Shown here in pieces: positions 7,578 through 16,470 of a DNA stretch of 45,142 nucleotides; position 1 is the first letter of the stretch, and each line of letters opens with the position of its first letter. Location: IMG/VR virus record IMGVR_UViG_3300045988_051781, positions 1 through 45,142 of that record; one strand, 5' to 3'. The translations under genes were made by a program, and so were the position numbers. The notes beneath the pieces were generated by a model. That model saw nothing but the letters and a program-made list of their open reading frames with translations. It did no database searches and was not told the DNA's origin. This DNA comes from a virus.

Positions 7578-10352
7578 CTAAACCGTCTCGAACGGATTTC
7601 TTCCGGTCACTATTTTTTGCACTTTAGCTTCTTCTATAACTTCTTTGAACAATGTTCTACGATTGATCTGTGCCGTAAAATTATAGGTTCCACCGTTGCC
7701 GTTTCCACTTTCTTCTCTTACAATCCGGCGAATAAGGCTTTCTGGTGCTTCGATATTATTACCGTTCTTCTGATCTCCGAGGACTGCCATAAACTCTTTA
7801 TTTGGTGGAATAACGGCTCCCTGTGCGAGATATGGGATTCTTGGAGCCGACCAATAACCTACATTAAATCCGATTGAAGAATAACCGGTCAGTTTTTGCA
7901 ACCATCCAGGAATATCTATATTCAAACTGTTAAGCGCGGACGCGATACCATTCTGCATGGTCTGCGCTGCATAAAGCAAAGAGTTTATAAATCCGATAAT
8001 GGCGTTAATTGGTGCTTTTACAATGGCTGCAAAAGTCCCCCAAACACCGGCAAATATTTGCTTTACGCCATCCCATGCCTGTCTCCAATTTCCGGTAAAT
8101 ACGCCTTTTACAAAAGTAATGATTCCGTCAAATACTTTTTTAACATTGTCCACTATGTTTTTTATGTTCTTAAACCAAGCATTTACATACTCTCCAAGAT
8201 ATCCAAACTCTTCCGTCCAATCGTGGTGAAATGCACTTTTCAGCCATGCGCCGAATTTTTCCATAACAGCCTTGACTTCATCCCAATGGGTTACAAGTAA
8301 TACAAGAATTGCTATAGTTGCAGCTATCGCTACTGCAAGCGGTCCACCAAGTGCGGATACAATAGTACCAATCACTCCGATTAAACCGTTAGATCCAATA
8401 ATTGCAATCAACGAACCAACGACACTAATAATCGTTCCAATAGCACCAACAATTGATACAATGAGCGGAACGATTACAGATGCTGCAAATGCGCCAATCA
8501 GTGCCGCACCAATTACATCAATAATCCATTGGTGTTCAGAAATAAAATTAAAGAACGCAGCTACGACAGAAATTAAAGTCGGAATAGCTGATTCTATTAA
8601 CCACGTAAGGAACGGAAGGACTATATTTTTGTATATCCTTAAAACAAAATTTCCGATAGCTTCTATTAGAGGACTGATAGATTCTAATAACTTCCTTATT
8701 GCATCAAGAAGTGGGTAAAAATCTATACTTGCCGCCCATTCAGCAGTCGCCCAAGCTATTTTATTTATAAAATCGAGAACAGACTGAAAAATATCGGCAA
8801 TTGCCTGTATAATCGCCGTTCCGACAGCGTTCTTATTCCATGCTTCGTCCAGCCTTTCTGCTATTCTTCCGACAGTAATCAGAATAGCCTGAACAATCTG
8901 AAGTGAAGTAGTAAGAAGCTGTGTTCCGGTTCCATTCGTCCAGACTTCTAACATGCTCTTGCCGACATCCTTTGCCAGTTTTCCGAGCTCTGTGAAAGCG
9001 TATTTTGCAGCATCAACTGTTTTCTTTCCCTCTTTTTCCCATGCCTGTTTGAATGGCTTGAAAATCTGTGAAAGAATGTCTTTTAGCTTTTCAAGAACCG
9101 GAATGTCAGTGATCTCAACTTCTTCAAACATCGGGCCAGTGCCACCACCACCACCGAATCCGCCACTTCCACCAGACGGCGATTTAGAAGAAGTATCTTC
9201 TGCGGTAAACTTGTTGATATCATCCAACGGCGAAAGATAGTCCTCTGCTGCTTTTGCTGCATCTTCTGTAGCGTCAGCTGCGTCTTTCGCTGCCGATGCC
9301 GTATCTCCTAGACTTGCAGCATAATTTTTTTGCACTGCTATCGCCCTTGTGTATGTACTCTTTCCAGATAGGAAAGAAAAGAACATACTTACATAGCTTG
9401 CCGCGGTAGACAGCATATCTATAAATTTCGTTAAGATAGGTGCTACGACCGTGAGAATAGGGGCGAACGCAGTAGCCAACGCGTTCTGAAGCCTGACAAG
9501 GCTTGACCACAGCATTGAGATACTCTGGTTTGTCGTGCCGGAATACTGCGCAAGGTTGTCAAATCCACTCTTGATTCCGCCGAAGATTGCAGAAAGCGCC
9601 CGGAATGCAACGCTCATCATAAGAGACATAGCAAGCATTCGCCCGAGTCCCATTCTGGCTCTGCCGGATGACCTGGAAACTTTGTCTAATTCTCCCGATG
9701 CTTTCTTTGCAGAAACTTTCGCCCTATTGTTTGCTTTTTCTGCTTTTTTTCCGTACTCTTCTGCTTTACTGGTTATTCCGTCATAAGACGTTTTTAACCG
9801 ATTATTCATATCGGCAAGCTTTTGCTCTGCCTGTGCGAGCTTTTCTATGTCTTTTTTTGCTTCTTTTGTTCCGGTTCCGGTCGCGAAAGCTTTTCCTGTT
9901 TCTTCCAGGTCCTTTAATTCACCTTCTGCGTATTTTATGGTGTTGGCAAGTTCTTCGAGGTCGTAGGTCTGTTTTTTGTAAGTGTTAGAGCTTGTTTTCC
10001 CACCATTTGCAAGGTATCGGTCCCTTGCTTCTGTTAATCGATTTTGCTTCGCTGTGGCTTCTGCAATCTGCGCCTGTATTTCCCTATATTCGTCTGTTGG
10101 AATCTTCTGGCTGCCATATTCTGCAACCTTTTTCCGCAAACTCTCAACTTTCTGTTCCTGTGCGGCATATTCGTTGTTCAGTTTTGCAAAAGCGTCTATC
10201 TGTTTATTCAGTGCTGCTTTTGCGGTTGCTCCGATATTATTTACTTCTCTTGCAAGATTTCTAAGTCTTGCTTCTACTTCCTTACTTCCGGCTTGTATAC
10301 CGTCAGTATCTATTTCTGTGTCGATAACGACAGTACCATCGGCATAAGCCAT
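7578..10352 (-). CDS. Tail tape measure protein (924 aa)
   Basis: Longest tail ORF. Coiled-coil N-terminus, Gly-rich SPSGGSGGFGGGGGTGP, and a long hydrophobic Ile/Ala/Gly-rich stretch. Canonical position after the chaperone genes. Confidence 0.85.
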   Translation of the reverse strand: MAYADGTVVIDTEIDTDGIQAGSKEVEARLRNLAREVNNIGATAKAALNKQIDAFAKLNNEYAAQEQKVESLRKKVAEYGSQKIPTDEYREIQAQIAEATAKQNRLTEARDRYLANGGKTSSNTYKKQTYDLEELANTIKYAEGELKDLEETGKAFATGTGTKEAKKDIEKLAQAEQKLADMNNRLKTSYDGITSKAEEYGKKAEKANNRAKVSAKKASGELDKVSRSSGRARMGLGRMLAMSLMMSVAFRALSAIFGGIKSGFDNLAQYSGTTNQSISMLWSSLVRLQNALATAFAPILTVVAPILTKFIDMLSTAASYVSMFFSFLSGKSTYTRAIAVQKNYAASLGDTASAAKDAADATEDAAKAAEDYLSPLDDINKFTAEDTSSKSPSGGSGGFGGGGGTGPMFEEVEITDIPVLEKLKDILSQIFKPFKQAWEKEGKKTVDAAKYAFTELGKLAKDVGKSMLEVWTNGTGTQLLTTSLQIVQAILITVGRIAERLDEAWNKNAVGTAIIQAIADIFQSVLDFINKIAWATAEWAASIDFYPLLDAIRKLLESISPLIEAIGNFVLRIYKNIVLPFLTWLIESAIPTLISVVAAFFNFISEHQWIIDVIGAALIGAFAASVIVPLIVSIVGAIGTIISVVGSLIAIIGSNGLIGVIGTIVSALGGPLAVAIAATIAILVLLVTHWDEVKAVMEKFGAWLKSAFHHDWTEEFGYLGEYVNAWFKNIKNIVDNVKKVFDGIITFVKGVFTGNWRQAWDGVKQIFAGVWGTFAAIVKAPINAIIGFINSLLYAAQTMQNGIASALNSLNIDIPGWLQKLTGYSSIGFNVGYWSAPRIPYLAQGAVIPPNKEFMAVLGDQKNGNNIEAPESLIRRIVREESGNGNGGTYNFTAQINRRTLFKEVIEEAKVQKIVTGRNPFETV

Positions 10353-10356
10353 AACT

Positions 10357-10410
10357 TTTCCTTTCTACCGCTATTTTTCTGCGGTCAGCGACTATCTCCA
10401 AGTGATAGCC
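10357..10410 (-). promoter_or_regulatory. Conserved two-hairpin leader + SD element, copy b (upstream of tape measure)
   Basis: TTTTCCTTTCTACCGCTATTTTTCTGCGGTCAGCGACTATCTCCAAGTGATAGCC. Shares both hairpins with copy c. Confidence 0.6.
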
Positions 10411-10412
10411 GG

Positions 10413-11006
10413 TTACTTTTTTAACCCGAACAGTTCCCGAAGCTCTTCTTTTTCCTCTTCGCTCCGTTCGATCTGTTTTACCTTTAAATCCACAAGGGAT
10501 TTATTGTTTTTGTAAAATTCCTGTTCCCACTTCTCCAACTTTTTCCCACGCTTCTTTTTATCACGTAAGCCAACCACAGTCGCAAAAGTGCTTTCTCCGA
10601 TTTCCATGAACAACCCGAGAAACGTCCACCAGTGCATATATTTTTCAGCACGGATGTCTTTACCGGCCACTTTATTCACTGCCGGAATTAAGATTGGAGC
10701 ATCCTGATTCCAGTCCATCAATCTCGGCTTTGGTTTGTTGTCGCTAGAAAAACCACAGTCGATAAACTCTATAGCCTGTTCTGCCGCTTCTTTCCAGTGC
10801 TGCGGAGGGATGCTGTCAAAATCCAAGTACAAAATCTGCAACATAGTCATAGACTGTTCAGCGTTCTTTTCCTGTTCGTTCATTCCGGCGTAAATGTCGG
10901 GATCGTTCATTGCGATCAGAATATCCAGAACGGCTCTGTAGTCTGTACGGATTTCGTAGTCTTTCCCTCCGACTCTAAGGGTTGTGGGTAATTTCCAGGT
11001 GTCCAC
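10413..11006 (-). CDS. Gp15-like tail assembly protein
   Basis: 197 aa with a GTG start overlapping the upstream stop (TAGTG). MDTWKLPTTLRVGGKDYEIRTDYRAVLDI resembles the Phage_Gp15 family. Lies just before the tape measure. Confidence 0.6.
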   Translation of the reverse strand: MDTWKLPTTLRVGGKDYEIRTDYRAVLDILIAMNDPDIYAGMNEQEKNAEQSMTMLQILYLDFDSIPPQHWKEAAEQAIEFIDCGFSSDNKPKPRLMDWNQDAPILIPAVNKVAGKDIRAEKYMHWWTFLGLFMEIGESTFATVVGLRDKKKRGKKLEKWEQEFYKNNKSLVDLKVKQIERSEEEKEELRELFGLKK

Positions 11007-11461
11007 TAGTTGTGGTATTTAGCGACATATTTGTTCATTCTCTTTTTTACTTTCTGTGTGCGGACGTTCATTTCACGTTCTATCACAGTAGCGATAGAGG
11101 AAAGAACGTTTTCTACAAAAAGCTCTCCTGATTCCAGAACAGTGAAAGCTCCGAGGATTCCGAAGAACGATTCTTTTGCATCTGCATCAACAAGATAGCT
11201 GATCTTCTCCACAATATCATTTTCAGCTTTGCGGATATTTTCGACATCCTTTTCCGAATCTCCTGTTTTTTCCGGCATTTGGTAACTTTCGTAGAACTTT
11301 GCTACCTCTTCGTATCGGTCGATAATATTGGTGTCAGATGGTCGGAAAGTGAATTTCCCGAGCATCTGACCGCGCTTGTTCTTGATGTTGTATGTCTTTG
11401 CACCATCATCAATGATGATATTGTTTCCCTGTACATTGCTTTTTACCAATTTGTTGCTCAT
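11006..11461 (-). CDS. Tail assembly chaperone-like protein
   Basis: 151 aa between the major tail protein and the Gp15-like gene. Assigned by position. Confidence 0.5.
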   Translation of the reverse strand: MSNKLVKSNVQGNNIIIDDGAKTYNIKNKRGQMLGKFTFRPSDTNIIDRYEEVAKFYESYQMPEKTGDSEKDVENIRKAENDIVEKISYLVDADAKESFFGILGAFTVLESGELFVENVLSSIATVIEREMNVRTQKVKKRMNKYVAKYHN

Positions 11462-11486
11462 TTAGACCTCCTTGTTTTCTTGCTGA

Positions 11487-12026
11487 TTACGAAAGTGCGC
11501 GCTCGCCTTCTAATGACTGCGTAGCGATTTCACCGGCAGTAAATACCGGATTTCCAGATTTGAGAGATTCTGCCGTAACGCTTCCCTCTGTTCTTGTTCC
11601 ATTTTCTGTGACATCAAACGGGAAATTTACACCAGATGTATCACCACCGTAAGACTGCGGTTTTACAAGCACTTCCTGAACAAATGCTCTGTGCTTTGTA
11701 GCTGACGTATCTTCCACGATAACTTCAAGCATGAGTGTTTTACATTCATCACCTTTCAAACGTTTCAGTGCGATATCTCTAATTTTTGGATATAATTTAG
11801 AGGATGTATCTGCATAGAACGGATCAGCAGACATAGACGGTTCATAGCCGTTGTCTGTAACTTTTGTTTTTCCGAGAATTGTTTTCTTCGTTTCAGTGTC
11901 TGGATTCAGTTCTACAGACATATCCTCGATATCTTCACCAAGAATTTCCCATGTTGCTGTTTCAGCAGCCAGTTTGAAACTGTAATCTAAGAAGTGAGCC
12001 ATAGCTTCACGATTTAATTTAGCCAT
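11487..12026 (-). CDS. Major tail protein
   Basis: 179 aa, first gene of the tail block after the connector genes, preceded by the conserved leader element. Confidence 0.65.
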   Translation of the reverse strand: MAKLNREAMAHFLDYSFKLAAETATWEILGEDIEDMSVELNPDTETKKTILGKTKVTDNGYEPSMSADPFYADTSSKLYPKIRDIALKRLKGDECKTLMLEVIVEDTSATKHRAFVQEVLVKPQSYGGDTSGVNFPFDVTENGTRTEGSVTAESLKSGNPVFTAGEIATQSLEGERALS

Positions 12027-12030
12027 GTTT

Positions 12031-12084
12031 ATTCCTTTCTACCGCTAACTTTTCGCGGTCAGTGACTATCTCCAAACGATAGCC
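12031..12084 (-). promoter_or_regulatory. Conserved two-hairpin leader + SD element, copy c (upstream of major tail protein)
   Basis: ATTCCTTTCTACCGCTAACTTTTCGCGGTCAGTGACTATCTCCAAACGATAGCC. Stems ACCGC/GCGGT and GGCTATC/GATAGTC. Confidence 0.6.
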
Positions 12085-12086
12085 AG

Positions 12087-12599
12087 TTAATTGGTTCTTT
12101 TAAACTTATTTCTGTACTTTAGTGACAGGCTTATAACCCAGTCTTGTACATTGTTTTCGCTTACATTATCCAGATATGACGGCGTAAGACGTTTGATTTC
12201 TTCAATCTTTCTGCCCTCTGTAAGCTCTGGATATTCTTCGAGGGTGTAAGTCTTTCCGTCAATCGTAACAGGCTGTTTTTCTAGCCATTTTCCAAGTCCG
12301 TCAAGGAACTCTTTAATGTCTGCTTTTACATTTCCGGCATCTATCGCCGTGCGATACAGAATGTAAAAAGGATAGTTGCAGAGCTGGTCTACTGTGCCAG
12401 TTACATATTTCTTTTCCAGTACGATCACTGCCCCACTCACCGGATAGCATGTGATACCGGAATCCTTTTCTACTGTGGAGAATTTTATTTTTTCATCCGG
12501 CAAGAGTCCGGGATAGCTATTGAGAAGATCCATAATTGCAGAAGTTACAACCTTATAGCCATCAACATCGTATTTAACTTTACTTTTTTCCTCCGGCAA
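12087..12599 (-). CDS. Head-tail joining / minor capsid family protein
   Basis: 170 aa, third of three connector ORFs between the capsid and tail genes (Sfi11-like minor-capsid arrangement). Confidence 0.5.
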   Translation of the reverse strand: MPEEKSKVKYDVDGYKVVTSAIMDLLNSYPGLLPDEKIKFSTVEKDSGITCYPVSGAVIVLEKKYVTGTVDQLCNYPFYILYRTAIDAGNVKADIKEFLDGLGKWLEKQPVTIDGKTYTLEEYPELTEGRKIEEIKRLTPSYLDNVSENNVQDWVISLSLKYRNKFKRTN

Positions 12600-13041
12600 T
12601 GCGTTTCACTCCTTTCACCCATGCTTTCCCGTCTTTCTCCTTTGCCGCATCGAACCAGTGATCCGTTGCATCTGGATTCGTGATCTTAGAGAATTGCAGC
12701 GGTCTGTCTGTTACAACTTTCTTTGCGTCCTTTCTCGCGAACGGCGACATTGTTTCTGGATCTACCATCACAAGTCCCTCATATAGGAACCGTCCATAAG
12801 GAGGACCGGCAGCAATCACTTTTCCAGATCCTTGTAAGGATGCGCTTTGAATCTGCGCTACATGTGCCATATTTCCATCTCGGTATGGCATAAACGGAAT
12901 CATGCTCTGAAAGACCTGTCCATCAAGCCAGTACTGTGCGTCCTGAAACTGTTTTTCAAAACGTTCAAGACTGATATCAGCTTTTATGTCACCTTGCACG
13001 ATCTGATAATGCGGAAAATGAAATGTCTTCGACTTTGCCAT
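12580..13041 (-). CDS. Head-tail joining / minor capsid family protein
   Basis: 153 aa from ATG 13041 (GGAGG RBS). Assigned by synteny. Confidence 0.5.
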   Translation of the reverse strand: MAKSKTFHFPHYQIVQGDIKADISLERFEKQFQDAQYWLDGQVFQSMIPFMPYRDGNMAHVAQIQSASLQGSGKVIAAGPPYGRFLYEGLVMVDPETMSPFARKDAKKVVTDRPLQFSKITNPDATDHWFDAAKEKDGKAWVKGVKRIAGGKK

Positions 13042-13042
13042 T

Positions 13043-13600
13043 TTATTTTCCTCCGATCTCAAAATGTGGAATCAGTGTGTATGTTCCAACGCTGGTTATC
13101 AGAAAAACATTGTCTCTCTTCTTGTTGAGATAGTCATAAAATCCGCCACCTACACGTGTTGCGTAATCAGAATCTTTTACAATCTCTTCTGAGTATTCGC
13201 CCTTGATGAAGAAATCACCGTCAGAAAATGTAACAGTCTCAGCCAACTTATCATTGGTCTGTGCTTTCCATTCTTTCGGCGGTACATAAACTTTTCCGCT
13301 AACGGTTTTTTTGTAGACCGTCTTTCCGATATCCGCAATCAATTCAATCGCTTTTCCGTCTATATCAAAAATGTTATGACCGTTAGTATCATTCCAGTAT
13401 GTTTCTGCTACAGTACCGGCTTTTTTATTGGTGTACCTGATGTGCAAATTTGCTTCATCAGCGTTTTCCAGTCCTGTTTTCGCTACGTTCGCCGCTTTGT
13501 CGTCTACGAATTGGCATCCAGATATAACAGTGGGATACCAATAAATTTCGTCTTTTTGGTTTACGTATTTGTTAAATACTGTAACCGTCTTGTCGAACAT
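13043..13600 (-). CDS. Head-tail joining / minor capsid family protein
   Basis: 185 aa with an AGGAGG RBS. Assigned by synteny. Confidence 0.5.
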   Translation of the reverse strand: MFDKTVTVFNKYVNQKDEIYWYPTVISGCQFVDDKAANVAKTGLENADEANLHIRYTNKKAGTVAETYWNDTNGHNIFDIDGKAIELIADIGKTVYKKTVSGKVYVPPKEWKAQTNDKLAETVTFSDGDFFIKGEYSEEIVKDSDYATRVGGGFYDYLNKKRDNVFLITSVGTYTLIPHFEIGGK

Positions 13601-13612
13601 TGGTATCCCTCC

Positions 13613-13735
13613 TTAATATATTTCTTTCCCGCATTTCTCGCACTTCCACACATGGTGTGTCTTATATTCACCCGGAGAAATTTTTTCAAGGAAAGTTCTG
13701 CAATATGTTGTTTTTTCATGTTTGCACATCAGCAT
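13613..13735 (-). CDS. Possible 40-aa C4 zinc-ribbon peptide
   Basis: MLMCKHEKTTYCRTFLEKISPGEYKTHHVWKCEKCGKEIY. Fills a 145-nt gap in the connector block, but the RBS is weak. Confidence 0.3.
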   Translation of the reverse strand: MLMCKHEKTTYCRTFLEKISPGEYKTHHVWKCEKCGKEIY

Positions 13736-13745
13736 TTTAAGCCAT

Positions 13746-14222
13746 TTAAATACCAGCATATAATAAGTACTCTCCTTTATCGTCTTTAACTCCGTATAAA
13801 TACTGTCCAGCACTCTGCCGTATCAGAATATTCTCCACTTTTTTATCCATTGCTGCCTGTGCATAGACTGTTTTAGAAGCATCACTCATTCCAGTGGAAT
13901 AGGTAATGCTTTCACTTCCGGCAGTAACCGAAGATACCGTTTTACCGGTTACTTTTCCATCTTCGGTCTCTACTGTTCCAAGATTGTTCAAAAGTGCGTT
14001 TTTGACGCTGTCTATCTGGTAGAGTGCTTCAGCCACAGAACAGACTGCTTTCTGCACTTTTTTGTTCGCCCTGGAATCGCTCGAAAGTCCATCCGCAAGG
14101 CGGTCAAATGTGATTTCATCCACTCTGTCACTCGCCCGATCTGCATACTTTGGAAAGTCGGTTTCCGGCACAACATCTCCGTAATATTCATTTGTGTAAA
14201 ATGCATAATCTGTATATGCCAT
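13746..14222 (-). CDS. Head-tail adaptor / connector protein
   Basis: 158 aa immediately after the major capsid gene. MAYTDYAFYTNEYYGDVVPE resembles gp6-type adaptors. Confidence 0.55.
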   Translation of the reverse strand: MAYTDYAFYTNEYYGDVVPETDFPKYADRASDRVDEITFDRLADGLSSDSRANKKVQKAVCSVAEALYQIDSVKNALLNNLGTVETEDGKVTGKTVSSVTAGSESITYSTGMSDASKTVYAQAAMDKKVENILIRQSAGQYLYGVKDDKGEYLLYAGI

Positions 14223-14233
14223 GCCGGTTCCTC

Positions 14234-15409
14234 CTAACCTCTGGTCTTAATTCTGGCAATCGGAATTGCCTTGATTGGGAAATACTTTTCTGCGCCGGAT
14301 TTGTTGTTCTGTGCAAGCTGCCAGTTTGATCCTTTTTCAAGTTCTTCGTCTGTCGGGGAAATGATACTTCCGTCTTTAAACGAAATTCCCACCGGAGACC
14401 AGCACTTTCTCTGGCGAGAGTACAGTGTTGTTTCTCCACCGTTCTTTTCCGGGTTTCTGTCCATTTCATAAGGTACTTTAGCACCGCAATCTGTATATTC
14501 GATAGCACCAGCACCGAATACGTAAGTTGTATAGACATCACCAGCCGGAAGAAGAACAACGTAGTCTCCAGCTTTTGCTCCGGCAACATCTGTAGAAACA
14601 TCTGCTTTGTTAACCTGTCCTTTTGTAGCTCCTGTGTCAACGACTTCCAGTGCGTCTTTATCAGTCTGTTTAGCCTTTACGTACTTCGCTTTCGCTGTCT
14701 CTGTAGGCATATTGTCGTCCACAAGGACAGTTCTACCATTCAGAGTGCCGAGCGTAAGATCTCTTTCAATTCCCTGTGCATCTGTATACTTCATGTATGC
14801 GATGAGTTTCAGATTTTCGAGGTCTGTAGCGATCTTGGAATGCATAATCGCAAGACTGAATTTTGCTTTATTATCGCCAAGTGCTTTCTGAATTGCGTTG
14901 TTCAGAGTGGTTTCCTTGAATCCGTATTCTGTGGCGTTGTCCGATACATCGTAAGTATGTTTTGTGACAAAATCCACGTTTCCGGCTCCTGTCATGGAGA
15001 AAATACCTTTCAGAATTGCGAGGATCGTCTTCTGGTCTACATCATCCCAATACTCTGCGATTTCCTGTGCTGCCGGTAAGAAGTCTTCGCCTGTAATGTC
15101 GGAAGAAAAGTCTTTTTCTGTCCATCCGTTCGCACGTCCGACTACGATTCTGCTCTGTGTATAAGTTTCTCTTGATTCTGCGGTAATGTTTGTGTTACCG
15201 TCATAGTTGTTTGCTGTTCCGCCGATTCTAGCCTTAATCGGGATGGTCAGATAGTTTCCACCTGTCTGATCCGGCAGAAGCGAAGCATACTGCGGTTTTT
15301 CCACAATAGCACCTGACTTTAACAGTTCATTTCTGTTAAGGTTCTCGGTCTGATCTACATACGCACCAAAAACCTCGCCATTAAAATTTTTCTGGTCAAA
15401 TAATGCCAT
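14234..15409 (-). CDS. Major capsid protein
   Basis: 391 aa following the scaffold gene. The N-terminus MALFDQKNFNGEVFGAYVDQ is typical of this capsid family. Conserved leader upstream. Confidence 0.8.
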   Translation of the reverse strand: MALFDQKNFNGEVFGAYVDQTENLNRNELLKSGAIVEKPQYASLLPDQTGGNYLTIPIKARIGGTANNYDGNTNITAESRETYTQSRIVVGRANGWTEKDFSSDITGEDFLPAAQEIAEYWDDVDQKTILAILKGIFSMTGAGNVDFVTKHTYDVSDNATEYGFKETTLNNAIQKALGDNKAKFSLAIMHSKIATDLENLKLIAYMKYTDAQGIERDLTLGTLNGRTVLVDDNMPTETAKAKYVKAKQTDKDALEVVDTGATKGQVNKADVSTDVAGAKAGDYVVLLPAGDVYTTYVFGAGAIEYTDCGAKVPYEMDRNPEKNGGETTLYSRQRKCWSPVGISFKDGSIISPTDEELEKGSNWQLAQNNKSGAEKYFPIKAIPIARIKTRG

Positions 15410-15413
15410 GTTG

Positions 15414-15444
15414 TTTCCTTTCTACCCGTAACTTTTCCGGGTTA
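15414..15444 (-). promoter_or_regulatory. Conserved leader stem-loop + SD element, copy d (upstream of major capsid protein)
   Basis: TTTCCTTTCTACCCGTAACTTTTCCGGGTTA. The stem ACCCG/CGGGT differs from ACCGC/GCGGT by a compensatory double change. Confidence 0.6.
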
Positions 15445-15452
15445 AAAAATAT

Positions 15453-16070
15453 CTACTCATTTTTGCCCTGAATGTAAGAAGAAATATCAAGGTTTGGATT
15501 TTCGTTTTTCATTCGCATAAGCTCTGTCATAGATACATGACCGCCTGTTCCTGCTCCAGCTCCGGTTTTTGGAGTTGTGAATCTGGCAGCCCCAGCTTTC
15601 GCTTTATCTGCATTTTCATCAACGAACGCTGATGCGTCTGATTCTTTCATCTGTGCGATCAGATCATTCAGTCCGAGAATCTTTCCATCATGCAATTTAA
15701 GACCGGCTGCTTTTACATCGTTCATGATCTGCTTCTTTGCAGCTTCACTAGAGAATTTAATAGTTTCAAATTCCTTGCCAAGAGCATCCGCAAAATCACG
15801 TTCGTAAAGCTTTTCCTTGTAATCTTTTTCAGCGTCTTCAGCTTTCTTCTGCCATTCTTTCAGGTCTTTCTGAATCTGTTCTGGATCGATTCCGTCAAAG
15901 CCTTTCAACGTTTCTTCCGCTGTCTCTGCTTTGGATTTCCAATTGTCCCGGTCGGCCGTTAATGTTTCGTTGTCTTTCTGCAACTTCTTAACGTCTTTCC
16001 CGTACTCTTTCATGACGTACTGGATCTGTTCATCAGTCAAACCCTGTTCTTTTAAGTCTTCTGTTTTCAT
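15453..16070 (-). CDS. Scaffolding protein (GP20-like)
   Basis: 205 aa, highly charged and helical (KEQGLTDEQIQYVMKEYGKDVKKLQ), directly upstream of the capsid gene. Confidence 0.75.
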   Translation of the reverse strand: MKTEDLKEQGLTDEQIQYVMKEYGKDVKKLQKDNETLTADRDNWKSKAETAEETLKGFDGIDPEQIQKDLKEWQKKAEDAEKDYKEKLYERDFADALGKEFETIKFSSEAAKKQIMNDVKAAGLKLHDGKILGLNDLIAQMKESDASAFVDENADKAKAGAARFTTPKTGAGAGTGGHVSMTELMRMKNENPNLDISSYIQGKNE

Positions 16071-16160
16071 TCAAAAGCTCCTTCCATTATTAGGTTATTT
16101 ATAGGTGCGTAACCAGTCACCAATGGTTTTCCGTTTTGTAGGACTCGGCTGTCCAAAAAA

Positions 16161-16228
16161 AAGAATAGGCGGAGTCGAACCGCCATTCTCCCGGATGTCC
16201 GGGTGCTTTACCGTTAAGCTATATTCTT
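16161..16228 (-). tRNA. tRNA-like element with canonical acceptor, D and T arms but only a 4-nt anticodon loop (possible pseudo-tRNA or decoy)
   Basis: Minus strand AAGAATA-TA-GCTT-AACGGTA-AAGC-A-CCCGG-ACAT-CCGGG-AGAAT-GGCGG-TTCGACT-CCGCC-TATTCTT, then a T-run. Folded by hand only. Confidence 0.5.
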
Positions 16229-16470
16229 CGCCATTTTCTTTTCTCGTAGGGGGAGGTTCAAAAAGAAAAATAGCAATCATACCAATATCACATTGAGAGG
16301 AAATGGCGTTATCAAATAACGCCAAAACTCGCCGGAACGTGCGACCGTTCCTTGATACAGTTTTCCACTAGCGAGTCTCTTAAAGAAATGAGGTGCAATG
16401 AAGAAAAAATCTTTTCCCGATTCCCTATTTTATTTTATTGCATTTTTGTACTTAAAGTAGTACTCACATT

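Noticed and set aside
7896-10424. Numerous plus-strand ORFs inside the tape measure gene; similar ones lie inside the tail tip, capsid, portal and island genes (for example 18813..19505, 230 aa)
   Set aside because: They are antisense shadow ORFs of long, well-supported minus-strand genes. They are Leu/Ser/Phe/Cys-rich, lack RBSs and break the tight operon structure.
11000-11012. Programmed -1 frameshift joining the two tail chaperone ORFs (G/GT-like)
   Set aside because: No XXXYYYZ slippery heptamer is visible near the junction. The downstream ORF has its own GTG overlapping the stop (TAGTG), which is consistent with simple coupling.
13591-13597. Spo0A 0A-box matches (TGTCGAA here; reverse-complement matches at about 19207 and 23294) as targets of the phage Spo0A_C protein
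   Set aside because: All lie inside coding sequence, and the count is about what chance predicts for a 7-mer in 2 x 45 kb.
14188-14640. 150-aa minus-strand ORF overlapping the major capsid gene in another frame
   Set aside because: It lies wholly inside or overlaps the capsid and adaptor genes. Its Arg/Thr-rich composition is typical of an off-frame translation.
16095-16325. Listed ORFs 16095..16325 (-) and 16105..16296 (+) in the scaffold-upstream gap
   Set aside because: Both run straight through the tRNA-like structure, lack RBSs and have odd composition. The RNA element explains the region better.
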